Source of the DNA: Vicugna vicugna
Taxonomy: Eukaryota
Assembly: GCA_013265495.1 (NCBI GenBank)
Contig: MU058423.1
Location: 6,991,449-7,055,448 of the forward strand
Direction of reading: 5' to 3'
Length of the DNA: 64,000 nt
Of this stretch, positions 27,529 to 40,920 are shown piece after piece (position 1 is the first letter of the stretch; every line of letters starts with the position of its first letter). The position numbers and the translations under genes were made by a program. The notes under the pieces were generated by a model. The model ran no database searches. It saw only the letters and a list, made by a program, of their open reading frames with translations, and was not told where the DNA came from.

Positions 27529-27704
27529 GGGGGAGGGTATAGCTCAGCGGAAGAATGCGTGCTTAACATGCATGACGTCCTGGGATCAATCCCCAGTACC
27601 TCTATTGAAATAAATAAATAAACAAACAAATAAAGAAATAAACCTAATGACCTCCCCTACCAAAAATTAAAAATAAAAATAAATTAAAATTAATTTTAAA
27701 AAAA
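27529..27704 (+). mobile_element. Vic-1-type tRNA-derived SINE (Camelidae)
   Basis: GGGGGAGGGTATAGCTCAGCGG (A box 27540-27550), GGGATCAATCCCC (decayed B box ~27582-27592), CCTAATGACCTCCCC internal block, A-rich tail and a degenerate TSD (AAGAGATAATAGT / AGGAGTTATAGT). Matches the recalled Vic-1 consensus. Confidence 0.85.
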
Positions 27705-29389
27705 GGAGTTATAGTCATGTGGAAATAGTAATGGGAGTTTGTACTTTGTTTCACTGGTTTACTAGAACAATGAGGTAAGACTTGTAGTTACTTAGAAAGT
27801 AGAGGGAAGATGTTTCCAGCTATAGCCCTAGAAAGCAATTACAGTTTAGATTTCATCAGGAAGATGTAAACACATGTTGATATTAAAAGCAAATTCATTA
27901 ATTGTTCCTAATTAACATTAAATCTGGGATCCTGTGTTTTGCAGATTTCCCTTAACCACTAGGTAGGTCAGAATTAGAATAAATCGTGAACAGTGACTGG
28001 TCGCGAGTACAATGATTTTGATGAGTCGTATTTTTCCATTAGTTCCACTTCAGAATGTTTTACTATGGATTTTTGTCCTTGACCTTTCCAATTTTGAATT
28101 TCACTGTGTAATTGATTCTTTTTCAAAAAACTGGTATTTTCACGGAGTTATAAGGAAGTACATTTACATTTGATCATTGAGTTTTTATTTTCTGAAATGG
28201 TAGTACCAACAGGTTTGTTAAGTGTTTGGTTTCATAAAATTAACTATAAAACTCCTAAAACTCCAGGCTCCTGTTTTATATTGTCTTTGTCCATGTTATT
28301 CTCAATTTGATGCTGTTCTTTGTTTGAATATCAAATACCATTTTTTCCCAAGAAGCGTAAGATATTTCTTCTCCAAAACTTGAGTCTTGAGGTGCTTACA
28401 TTTATTTTATTCATTTTTTTCCTGTAGGGAAATATATTCCTTAAAAATAGGCTTAAAATGGCAAAACATTTAAGTTTAATGTAGAACTCCTTGGGGGAAA
28501 ATAAACTGTAAACACTTTCCATGCCCAGGAATATTTAATCTAAACTGAATGACTATAATCTTAAACTTGCAATTTACTAATGTATTCAAGCGGTTCATTT
28601 CTCTCATTTTGTACTTTTTTTGTCTACAATGATTAGGTTATAGAATACAGACAAAAAAATCTGGTAATTTAAGCCAAATAGAGTTGTGTTGGAACATAGG
28701 TCACTTATGTGATTTAATTGCCATTATTTATGCCACTTAGGCATTTAAAGATGGACTTCCACACCTCTTTAAATATGGGAAAATTTAAGTTGATCTGTTT
28801 TATTTTGTAATACTTCATGTTGGTTTATAATACAAGGTTGGTATGTGGCATATGTGTGTCTGAAATAAATGCAGGAATAGCATCAGAGGAAAGACACTGA
28901 AATATTAGTTTTTTAAAAAATCTTTTAACAAATAGCAAATCAGGCTTAATTTAGTTATACTAATATCTATGCAATGTGAAGACACAATTGTTGAAAGTGA
29001 AAAATATTAATGATATCAATGTATTAATGTCAAGTGGTGCTACAGGGTGGTAATGGAGCAGTGAACACAAAAATATAGATTTGAGATTCACTTGTTGCTT
29101 AAGCTAAGTCCCAGGAAGCCTCCTGGGGTTACATGTCCCTAGGATAACATAAGAACATGCTGGAGAGATTGCTAAGCATCATATAATTTTCATGGATGAT
29201 ATCTAATGGACCTTTAGAGACAGAAAACTGTTCAGTCTTCTACTGACTATCCATAGATTTCCCAAGGTAGTCAGAGGAAATGAATAACAGAAATCAGGTG
29301 AATTACAGTTCCAGGGAGACACTGGTGCTGCTCATTGGAACTATTAGAGATGTTCAAAAAGGTTAAAATGTTGAGAAAATAGTGCTTTT

Positions 29390-29590
29390 AAGTATTATTT
29401 TCATTGAGTGCTTACTATGTCTTAAACATAATCCTCATAAATTAAAATGCCTTATTTCTTGTCAAAATTTGGCTATACTGAAGAAACTAAAAGTCTCAGA
29501 GGGGTAAGTAGCTTACCCAAAGTTACACAGATAATAAATGCTGAACGTGGGTTAGAAGATGAGCTGTTCCCACGGCAGAAACTGAGTTAT
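29390..29590 (-). mobile_element. MIR SINE
   Basis: ATTGAGTGCTTACTATGT...GAAGAAACTAAAAGTCTCAGAGGGGTAAGTAGCTTACCCAAAGTTACACAG. Confidence 0.7.
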
Positions 29591-30129
29591 TAATTGTTGT
29601 CTATTCACTTGTCATATCCTACATTTTAGACTCTTTATTAAGGGCTCTTATGGTTTTGAAATATAGCAGAGCATTGATAGCAGTTAAATTGTAACAGATA
29701 ATCACTTCTCTCTTATTTTTCCTTTTGCCAGTCCTTCATCTCACTACCACGGGAATACAGGAGCACTCCTTTTTTTTTTTTTAATACTTATCTAGGGCAA
29801 CAATGCATGCATTTCATGACTGGGTGGGAGATGTTTTATAACTCTTTCTGTGTTTCATTTTTATTTCTCTCTTTAATGATGTACTTCATATGTGGCCTGG
29901 GATGTGAAGCACAGGTGAGGATAATTGACTTTCAAGTAGTGGGGAAAGCATCTCACATACCTTAGAAAAGTCACCTCAGACCTATGTTCTCGCCATCCCT
30001 GATACGAATGGAAACCACTTGTCAAGCTCGTCAAGGTGCTGTTTATAAAGGCGACTTCCCCGGCCCTCTTCTTTTTCCTTCTGAGACGGATGAGAAAGAA
30101 GCTTCAACTCTGAGACAGGATGTAGCTGG

Positions 30130-30560
30130 CCATTTACTCATTTATTCACTCATTCATGAAACATCTCTGTTGATTATTTAGTTTGTGTCAGCTGCGGTGG
30201 TATTTATGAATACCACAGTGAGCATCAATACTGCCAATGTTTCCTGTCAGATAGTTTACAGTCTATCAGGGGAAGCAGACATTAACCAACAAATTACAAG
30301 CTTGGCAAAGAGGGAGAGAGAGAGAAAGAAATTAAGTGGCATGAGAGGTAACAGAGAGATCACGACCACAATTTAGACCTACACTGTGCCTGAGATCACA
30401 CAGCATGAAAATGAGATAACTAAGCAAGCAAACAAAATAGAGTGTGGAGTTATCCAAGAGGAATATAGGGCATTTGGGATCATATGAGAGGGTCGCTTAA
30501 CCCAGCATGGTGGGGTTAAGTAATGATTTCCTGAAGAACGTCATGCCTAGGCTGGTATCA
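30130..30560 (-). mobile_element. L2 3' end fragments
   Basis: CATTTATTCACTCATTCA tail, followed by TTTACAGTCTATCAGGGGAAGCAGACATTAACCAA. Confidence 0.6.
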
Positions 30561-30579
30561 AAAGGTTCATTAGTTCTGA

Positions 30580-30775
30580 GTCCACTGGGTTTCAACCCTA
30601 ATTACCCGTTAAATTCATCTGGGAAACTTAAAGCATATGAATGCCTGGGCCCCACCCCAGTCATTCAAGTTATTTAGCATGAGAGAACTACTCCATTAGT
30701 TCCAGAGTAGGACCCAGACATCTATGTGTTTGAAAAGCTCTCCAGGGGATTCTAATGACAGTTAGGACTGAAAAA
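30580..30775. mobile_element. MER5-like hAT-Charlie DNA transposon fossil
   Basis: ATGCCTGGGCCCCACCCCAG...AAAAGCTCTCCAGGGGATTCTAATG. Confidence 0.7.
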
Positions 30776-31164
30776 AGTCAAGTCAACTATCCATAGCCTA
30801 TTAGGGAAGGGTTGAAAAAAATCTCCAACAAAGGGAGTACAGTACATTTTAGAAACTGAAAGTTTATTTCAGCTGGAACAGAAAATTTGGGCTTGGAAGA
30901 ACAGATAGAAGTGTAGATGTCTCACTTGGAGTTTGTGGCTGTGACTATTCATGGAGGAGACGTGATTTTTCTCAAGGTCTTCAGTGGCCATGATGCATCA
31001 GGGAGAATTTGGACATCTAAATTCATTCAATGTTGATGTCTTATCAGGACATGACTAGTTCTATTTTCTTGAACTCTGTGCTGTCTTGGACCTATGCTGT
31101 CATATTTGATATTTCTGTCACCTCCCTCCTCATTGATGAACCTATCCTTCAAGACTCAGCTTAA

Positions 31165-31445
31165 AAGGACCACATGGTAGATATTTTAGCCTTTGTGGGA
31201 CGTATGATCTCTGTCAGCTACCAAGCTCTGTCATTATAGTGCAAAAGCATCAATGTATAAATGAATGAATGTAGAGCTATATTCCAATATAAACCTTTCA
31301 TGTAATTTTCATGTGTCATAAAATATTATGCTTCTTTTAATTTTTTTAATCAAGTAAAAATATAAAAACATTCTAATCCCATGTACCATACAAAAATAGG
31401 CATCAAGGAGGTCTTAACCCATAAGCACAATTTTCCTAGTCACTC
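31165..31445. mobile_element. MER58-like hAT-Charlie DNA transposon fossil
   Basis: ATATTTTAGCCTTTGTGGG...TCTCTGTCAGCTAC...TAATTTTCATGTGTCATAAAATATT...CCATACAAAAATAGGC. Confidence 0.7.
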
Positions 31446-31449
31446 TTCT

Positions 31450-31640
31450 AAGACATTGTTACACGTATCAACTCTGCTCTCACAAAAACTCCTTTAGGTA
31501 TACATTTTATTTTTCTTGTTTTACAGATGTGGAAACTGAGGCACAAAGCAGGAAATGTGTCCAAATCACACAGATGCTAAATGCTAGATGTGGGATTCAG
31601 ACCAGTCTGGCTCTCCCAACACATTGCATTGCTGCTCTAT
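31450..31640 (-). mobile_element. MIR SINE
   Basis: TTTTACAGATGTGGAAACTGAGGCACA core. Confidence 0.75.
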
Positions 31641-33639
31641 ACTACTTACTGGTTATGGGAGTATGTGAAGAAGTTTAAAGGAGGAATGAATTAGAGACTA
31701 AACAGTCAAAGCATTGTGTAACATTAGAGCAGTAGCTCAAGCAGACACCATAGGCACCAAGGAGAAAAGCTTAGAGACCTGGGGTAGCCTGATCAGTGAG
31801 TTAGTGGAGGTGTTCAAGAGCTCAACAGAACACAATAGGAAAGACAGATTAGGCCCTCTCAAATGTTTGTTTCAAGATAAGAGAGCCCTATGGACTTCAG
31901 AGGAAGTTGCTTCTATATGTTTCACATTATTGTGTTTCACAGTTAACCAATATTTTATATAGTCTGTGTGTGTGTGTGTACTTGTTCTCCTTTAGTTTTG
32001 GAAAAAGTAAGCTGTAGGCAAATAATTAAAACTAAGTGTGAAAAGTACTGTGATAGAGGGGAGTGTATCTAACCCAGCTTTGGGTGATGGGAAATGCTTT
32101 CAGGAAGAAATTGCACATTGGTTATATTTTGCTTATTCCTCAGCATAGGATTTATCAAAGCTCAGAGACAGGAGAAAGAACATGGTGGGTAGTCTGGGAA
32201 GTCTGAGTCCAGTTTGGTTGGAACACTGAGTGAGGAAGGAATTAAGGGGTCATGAGATGGAGATGCAGTAGTGATGGGAAATTGGGAGAATAAGTGGGTG
32301 TGTCCAGATCATCAGGATTTGTTATGCAAGGTATATGCATACAAATGGAAGTTAATGGGTTTCCCTGAAGGAGTTTAAGCAAAGTGACTTGAGGCATGGA
32401 GTTTTGGAAGCTCCCCTAAGCGGGTGGTATGCAGATTGATGAGAAAAGGCATTGAAACCAGTTAAATGGCTATTGTAGTAAAGCACTGGGTCTGCTATCC
32501 TATTCTCCCATTTAGTAAACAAAAAAGTCTACAATAAAAGGCAGGAAAATATTATTGAACAAAATATTGTGCTGATTGAATACATCTGAAATGTTAATCA
32601 AGGTCTGTGTCAGTATTGGCAACATAGAAACAAAATATTAAGGACATTTAAGAATTGATTTGAATATGGAAATTTTACTTTTTTAGATATATCGAGTTAA
32701 TTTACAATAAATTATTGCTTTTAATCTTTAAACAGTTGAAGTTCAGTTAATAACATATGAAGAATAGTTTCTCCCTGTGTGTGAGTGTATATAAAATCGT
32801 AGAACCCATATAATGAGAATTGGTTAAACGTTATAACTATGAGATCAAATAACAGGCAGATTTCAGAGTGGCTTAATTCATGATTTAGTTTACTTGAAAG
32901 GAAAAAAACTTTGAGTTGATTAACTGAGTTTTACGTTTTTGTAACTTTATATGACTTTTGGGGAAAAAAAACTATTTGAAATCCTTATTACCTATCCCTA
33001 TTAAATTATTTTTGGTAGAGTGAATTATTGCTTCATATCATGTGTCTCTACACAGAACTTGGTTTAGGCTTTAAAAATAGAGTTCTCATTTTGAGTCCTG
33101 TGGAGGGAGTGTGTTTTTATCACATTACTTTCAAAGGAGAAACTAACAAATGTAACAAAGCCTGTGCTCTTGGAAACGATCATCCTGTTAAAGGGTAGTT
33201 TGGAGAGAAGGAAAGTTGTGGTTCATTTTATGTATTATTTACTGATGTGTAGCTGGGACCCTGACCATGGGGCTGCATCCTTTTCTTCACAGAATTACGG
33301 GTTTCATAGCTGTGTTCATGTAGATCCTGGAGGCTTTACCCTTTCCCGATGTAGTTTTGCTAATGGCTTCAGAGCAAGAAGATAAGATAAAATAAGCAGA
33401 TAAGATGCTGTGCTTCTAGAAACAGTCTCCTTCAGAGTAATTTATACCCCGAAGCATGGATTGAGGTTAATTTAAAGCAAATATAAACATGAATCAATGA
33501 ACTGACTCAAGATAATATAGTGTATTTATGTTTTAAGTTTCTTTTTGCAGCATTTTTATTTATGGGCTGTAGCAATGAGGATGACAAAGTGGAATGAGCC
33601 AGATTCAATGGTTGCACAGACTTCAGGAGTGCTTCGTTT

Positions 33640-33790
33640 GCTTTCTGGTTCTCAGTTCCTTCATCTGCGCAGTGGGGACAAGAGCACGTGGCCTGCAAGA
33701 TCTGTGAGGGTTAACGCTATGAAGAACTTAGCCTAGTGACCGTCAAGTATTAGGTCTCTGGGCACCGCAGCTAATATAGTTATTATTTTC
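33640..33790 (+). mobile_element. MIR SINE fragment
   Basis: TCTCAGTTCCTTCATCTG...GTGAGGGTTAA core. Confidence 0.6.
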
Positions 33791-34859
33791 TTAGTTTTAT
33801 GACAAGACAAAAGAAGAATGTGAGAATATTCAGGTATCTGACTGGCCTAAAAAATTGGCCATTGCAAGCAGGACTACTGCAAAAAGTATTCTTGAATATT
33901 GTTGTTATTCTTTTAAATATTCCAAGGCTAAATTAAAGAGTATCATACTTGATAGGGTTAATGATCCCTTCAAAATGTCTGATTTCCATAAAGAAATGGA
34001 TTTTTGATTTTTAATAATCCAGATATGTACTCTTCTGGATATGTTGATTTTCATTCAGCAGCTTGATAAAATAGGTAAACAGTTGCTATTATTAAAAGAA
34101 AACATTTGTTATAAGGTAAAAAAGTATATAAAGCTTCATTCACATATGTTTGTAATTTAATAATTAATTTAAGAAATGACCAGATGCACATTACTCACAC
34201 ACTCATTTATTCATTTGTACATTCTATAGCTAACTCTAGTTATTATAAAAAAGTGTTAATTGAAACTGTTAATTTTCAAAGAAACCACTCTGTTGCAGGT
34301 CACTCCCTACTCTGTGGAGTGTGATAAATTGTGGTGATGGTATTTCCTGATTCTACAGTCAGTTCCATTTTCATTCTCATTAACTCCTCCGAGTGACAGT
34401 GGATTTATAAAACTCAACATATTTTGAAATTTGATGACAATTCTGTATTTTTTTAACCAACAACTGAAATTTTCAAATCAATAATATTGGTCTCAATTTC
34501 TTCCAGAAGTGACGTCTTTTCCTTCTGCGCAAAAGAGTACTGTGTGCGTCTCTATAAAACCCTAGACACTGCCTCTTAAACAGTCATCGTGCCTCCTTAA
34601 TTAAAATCTAAATACTTGCAGTAGGGACTATGTCTCAGACATGCTTAGTGATACATTGGCCAACACAAGGCCTTCTCTGAATACTTTTATTTTTGAATAA
34701 AGATAGAAAGCCAATAAAATATAAGTATTTTGAGTAATATGGATTCTAAAATCTGTTTTTATAACAATGCTTACACCACATGATTCATGTTTTGACTTCC
34801 CTAGTGAATTAAGTACATAATTAGTTGTGGGCCAGGGAATTTCAGGGTCTAAAAAGAAA

Positions 34860-35545
34860 TCATTTATTTTTCTATATCTGGTTTGTTTCATGTAGCATAA
34901 TGTTTTGAAGGTTCCTCCACGTTGTAGCATGTATCAGAACTTCATTCCTTTTTTGGCTTTTTTTGTATGACTGTACTACATTTTGCTCACATATTGATTG
35001 AAACTTCGGTTGTTTTCACCTTTTTGACTGTTGTGAATAACGTTGCAAAGAACATTTGCATACAGGTATCTGTTTTAAGTCCTGACATTCAATTCGTTTA
35101 AATATATACCTAGCGGTGGAATTGCTTGGTAATATGGTACTTCTATGTTTAGCATTTTGAGGAATATTATATGACTCCACTTACATGAAATTTCTAGAAT
35201 AGGCAACTTCATAGAGATGGAGAGTAGAGGACCAGTTGCCAGAGCCTGGGCAGAAGCAGGGAATAGGGAGTTAATGCTGAATGATTAACAGTTTCTATTT
35301 GGGATAGTGAAAAAGTCTTGGATACAGACAGTGCTGATGGTTGCACAGCATTGCGAAGGTAGTTATGCTACTACACTGTACATTTTTAAATGGTTAAAAT
35401 GGCAAATCTTATGTTGTATATATTTTTCCACAATTTAAAAAATGAATAGCATAAGAAGTGTAATATACCAAAACCAATAAATTCTACAGGTTAAATGAGT
35501 GAATTGCATGGTATGTGAATTATATTCCAGTAAAGCAGTTTGAAA
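34860..35545 (+). mobile_element. Ancient L1MB-like 3' end with 5' inversion
   Basis: 34860-~35163 is antisense L1 ORF2-end text and ~35164-35545 is sense L1 3'UTR ending GTATGTGAATTATATTCCAGTAAAGCAGTT. Confidence 0.75.
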
Positions 35546-36354
35546 CATTGAGTTTACCCGAAAAGATTATACTTACAAAAGGGAGGTTTAAGGTTCCAAA
35601 ATTATTTTATGTTGACCACTTCATGGTAGCAGGAGGTCACTGGAAATGGATTGGATTTGGGAAATTTCTGCTTCTGCCAACGAACAATCCTGCGCTAGAC
35701 ACCTTACAGCTACATAAAAGGGGAAAAAAAGAATTACTTGTCTCCAGGGGACTTCCAATCTAAATCATAAAGCATGAAGCAATGTCCATGAAGTTACTCT
35801 GGCAAATTTACAGGATTAAAAATCAACAAATTATACATAGACACATATATTCATGCACACTTAACACAGGTGCACACAGATACTCAGATATATACATTCT
35901 CACAAAATGTACACATATATTCATATATACTTTGTAAATAACTAACATGGGAAAGCACTCAAAATAAGGGAAGTATATTTTGCTACCTATTTTAGACATC
36001 TTTTATCTCTGGGTATACAGTATGGCTTAGTAACTGCATATTTTTCAATATTTATATATGACATTCATTATGGGTTTGAATCTTCAAAATCACCTTTGTT
36101 TAGATTGTGAATAGTTGAATAGAGATTCTATTAGAAATTAATGGAATATATGTGGAATATATACCGATGCTGGCTTTCTCAATATCTGTTTTGCTTTTCT
36201 GTAATTTGATTTCTTATTTGAGATATTTAGTGTTTGAGAATATTATGGTTTATATTTTACATGCTGCGCCAGTCCTCAGCTTTCCCTACCCAAATGTTAG
36301 GGAAGCATGGCACATGATAAATAGATTCGAGCTACAAACTATTTCCTCTGTTAA

Positions 36355-36630
<276 letters not shown>

Positions 36631-39600
36631 TGATTATCATTATTTATTTTTCTCATGCTGTATAACGTACTGTTGTGGGGAGATTTTTCATAATGTCTTG
36701 AAAAACACTCGGTGAATACTTTCTTTCTGCCTGTGAAAGCACTAATTAACTTAATAGCACTAATTGTCTGGAAATCATGAAAATGTAGGGAAAGCGGTTG
36801 AATAGTGAAATGACAATTTCTGAGTACCACATATTCTAAGCAGGTAATTTGTTACGAGTGCTTGTCTGCTATTGGATACACGTCATTTATTTTTTCTTAT
36901 GGCTTTACTAAGTTGAGTGTCCTTGTTCTAATTTAACAGAAGAAGAAACTGAGTGTCACTGAGACTCTCTGACTTGTCCAGATTACAGGGGGCTAGTATT
37001 TTTAATGCAGGTCTTATCTGTTGCCAAGGTCAATATTGTCTGTAATATGAAGCATTCCTTTTTTGTGCTTTGGGATCTTTTAAGAAGCAAGGTATCATTT
37101 AAATTCTTCATATTATCCTCTACTGTCCCCACTGAAAGAAATTCGAACTCCCTATTTTCATATAAAACTACTTTGTAACAATAGAAGAATTACGAATCAA
37201 GGGGCTAAAAATATTGCAAAACAAGATAGCATATTTTTCAGGGAAGAGCATTTAAAAGTATTTTTGAAAACACATTTATTTTGATAAATCATTGATTCTT
37301 CCAAAATATTTCTAATTTTGCAATAATTTGTGGTGGACAAAAGTAACCAAACTACAAATATAAAGATGGTTAATGAATAATTTTTCTGACTTCAAAAATA
37401 AAATTAAAATAGTTATTAAATCCATGAAGTATTTTTCAAGTCAAATATGAAACTTTTGAATAGTAAAAATTAAGTTGCTTTTATATTTATTCGTATTCCA
37501 ATGCAGACACAGGAAAAGGATGGGAATTTTCAAGAGAGAAAAGTAGATTAATGGAAAGCTTTAGCGATATTCAAGAAGTTAGTTTATATTTTTTTTTATA
37601 TTTGGCTTGTCATCTCAGGATCTGTTTATCTGCCTTTCTAGTGTGGTACTTATTTTGATAAATTTGATTATTTCTTTTGTTTTATTCATGAAAAAAGAAT
37701 ACAACATATGCCTCTAGAATTTCCTTCCATGTCACTTAACAGAGTATATATCAACATTTATTCTCAGCCTGCTCACAACATTGTCTTAGGTGTACGATTC
37801 TAATAGTGAGTAGTTCAGACAGAGGAGCTATCTATGGTAGATACGTCATTTTTACCCCATTCAAATGATTATAGGCTTACTTTCCTAGAGGGCAGAGCTT
37901 TCTGCCAAAATAATGCAAAGGGCATTTAACAAAAATTACCAGTGACACATTCACCATTAAAAAATTTGAACAGTGAATATGTGAATAGTATTTTTTATTT
38001 AAAAAAAAGTAAGAAAATATCTTTGAAAAATTATTTGAATGCTTTTTCTTCCATTATGAAAAGACACAATAGCACCTTCTTTTCTAATGAGTAACATAAG
38101 GAGTAGTATTGGAAACTTCAACACTGGGGTAGGGGCAAGGGATTTTAGGTTGTCACTGTAATATTCTGTAGAATTAAGGGCTATGTCCTCCAAAGTCCCA
38201 ATCTGAGACCTTGAATTTAAATATCTGAGAACTCTGTGCATGTGAACTGGATAGAAGCTGTGATTTGCAAATTTCATCTGGCCTTTTTAGAAACCTGCTG
38301 TAGGACAGATACTGTGCAAAGATCTTTGTGCATATTAATCTTTATCTTCCTAACCACTTGGATTGTGGAATATTTATACTCAGTTTATGGGTTGGGAGTT
38401 AGAAAGGTGAAGTATTTAAATATAATCATAAAACCTGTGAATGATATGAAGCTGAGATAGTTTTTTTTTTTTTAAGACTTGAAGCTTTTCCGACTATGCA
38501 AAATGACCCTCACTCTTCATTTTTAAAATCCTACCAACCACTAAGCTACATAAGAAAGAGATTTTATTTAAAGGGCAACATATTTCGCATGGAAATACAT
38601 TGACCACAAGTTAAAAAATTAAAATCAAATAATAAAGTTATTGTGCTTTTGTATATCAAATATATCAAGTGTGTTCATGGACGCAATATCTATTGATGTT
38701 AAAGCCCATTTTGAGAATCATTATTGAATCTGATATATTCAGTGAATTGTGATTATTATTATATGTATATGATTTACATATACACTTTTATTAAAGGTAA
38801 TAATAGCATTTTTTTTCTTTAACAGCAGTCATTTACCAGAGAGGTTTGCTTTATTTTTAGTTTGTATTTATACATTTCAAAACATAAATTATTTAAGATG
38901 AAAAATTCCACATTTTATCTGTGTCATGTATATTGATCATTACTATTTTAGATAAAATTTCACATCTTAAGTTGTTGCATTTCTGTTGTTGAACTTATTT
39001 CATAGTGAATTCTCTCTGATAAATTTAGTCGGTTATAAACAACTCTAAATAGCATCTTCTAGGGAGGAGACTAAGGGAGGCGCCTAGATTACATTGTGAA
39101 CATTCTGGCCTCGTCATGATTTTTTAGACAACTAAATTTTTTTTAAAGGTCAGCTTAAGCATTATAATTAAAAGCTTATTGCTGAATTTAAAATTGGGGA
39201 ATACTTTCATAATTGAAAGATTTTACTCACTAGTGTAGTTAGAGGTTGACAATTCTCAGAAGCTGTACTGTATAAATTGGATGATTAATTAAAATTCGTT
39301 ACAATTTCTTTAGTCTTATATGAGTACATTATTGCCCAAAACTTTCTAAATGTCTCTATGTAGACATTATTTCATAATGCTTTTGCAAAAATGAAAAAAA
39401 GAGTTTTCCCTAGCTCATATTGTTTTCACATCATTTTTTTCGATGTATGAGATATTTGAATAGTTGAGGTACATTTAAGGAAAGAAGTCTTAGGATTCTC
39501 AACATTCTGAGCTACTCATTTGAATAACAAATTTATTTGCTGTGAAACTTCCTCAATAATAGGCTGAATTACCTAATTTTTATTTGTAGTATAAGCAGGT

Positions 39601-40920
39601 AAAATGTGTTTTGTTAATTGATGTGTTTATTAACTCTCCATTTTATTTACAATGGTTATTTTTCTTCTATTGATTTTCCTAAATATAAAATTTAAACTAT
39701 ACAAATCAAATCAAACAAAACTCTCCCTCTCTTTATATTATATATACATATATTTATTGCCATGAGAGCAAGGCTTTTATGACCTATTTGTGATATAATG
39801 AAGTTATACTGGTAAACTATTTTAAAAATTAAAATTGAGAATTTTAAGTAAACATTTTTTTTTAGTTTGAAGATAATTATCTAGATCTAGATATATTAGA
39901 ATCAAATAGTTAAAATTAATTGACTGCTTTCTTTGTGACACATTCTTATTTAATTTCAACATTTTAAATAATTTCCACTTCATAAGACATCTTTCCATGA
40001 CATTATTTTAAGTGGTTGCAAAAGATATATAGACATTTTGTATTCTATTTAATCAGTCCTAACCACTGCAGGTCATTTTAACATTTTATGCTGAAAAGTA
40101 GTGTTCTGATAAATTGACTTAACATAATATATTTACATAGAAGCATCTTTCTTACCCCTATAAATTCTTAGACATGGAATTTCTGGTCTTCTGTAGTCTT
40201 TTGAATTTTATTCCATGGCAGTCATACTCATAACATTTTTATTATTTTATACTACTATATATAATAGAATTTGGAATGAATGGACTGAATATGGAAGCTC
40301 TTGGTGTTGGCCCAGATATCATTGATTACACATGCACATATATGCCAGTTTTGCATATAGAAAACTTTTTAATTTAAACAGTCTTGTTCTTCAAATAATA
40401 ATACCTGCTTTACTTATGCTTCAAGGTAGTAAGAAGACTTAGTAATATATATATGTAAAACTACTTTTGAAAAATAAACTTCACAATTTTATATGCAGTG
40501 TTTTTATAAAAATGTATATAATAGTCATTGCTTAACTATCTGAGAGATATTTATGGCAATCATTTGATATATTGATTTAATAAATGTTTACTAACCACTT
40601 ACGTAGATCAGGCCCCATGCTGGATATTTAAGATAGGATGGTGAGAGGGAAAAGAAAAGAAAAAAATATACCTTCTTGAATTTAGAATCAAATCAACCAG
40701 TATCTAAAGCTCTAATGATTTAAGTAAGCTTTCTTCATTGTGTGATAGGAATAACTGGTCAGAAACTCTTTAGCTTTTGAAGAGGTGACTTTTATGTATT
40801 GGGTCCTTGCAAAGCCTCTTGAAAGAGAAGATGGATGGCCACAGATTAGACAGGGGCAGAAAATGCAAATCTTACACCAAAAGTGCTACTTAAGTGTTTC
40901 AAAAGTGCTTACTATGTGTT

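Noticed and set aside
27529..27605. Possible tRNA gene
   Set aside because: Decayed B box, A-rich tail and TSD indicate a SINE copy, not a functional tRNA.
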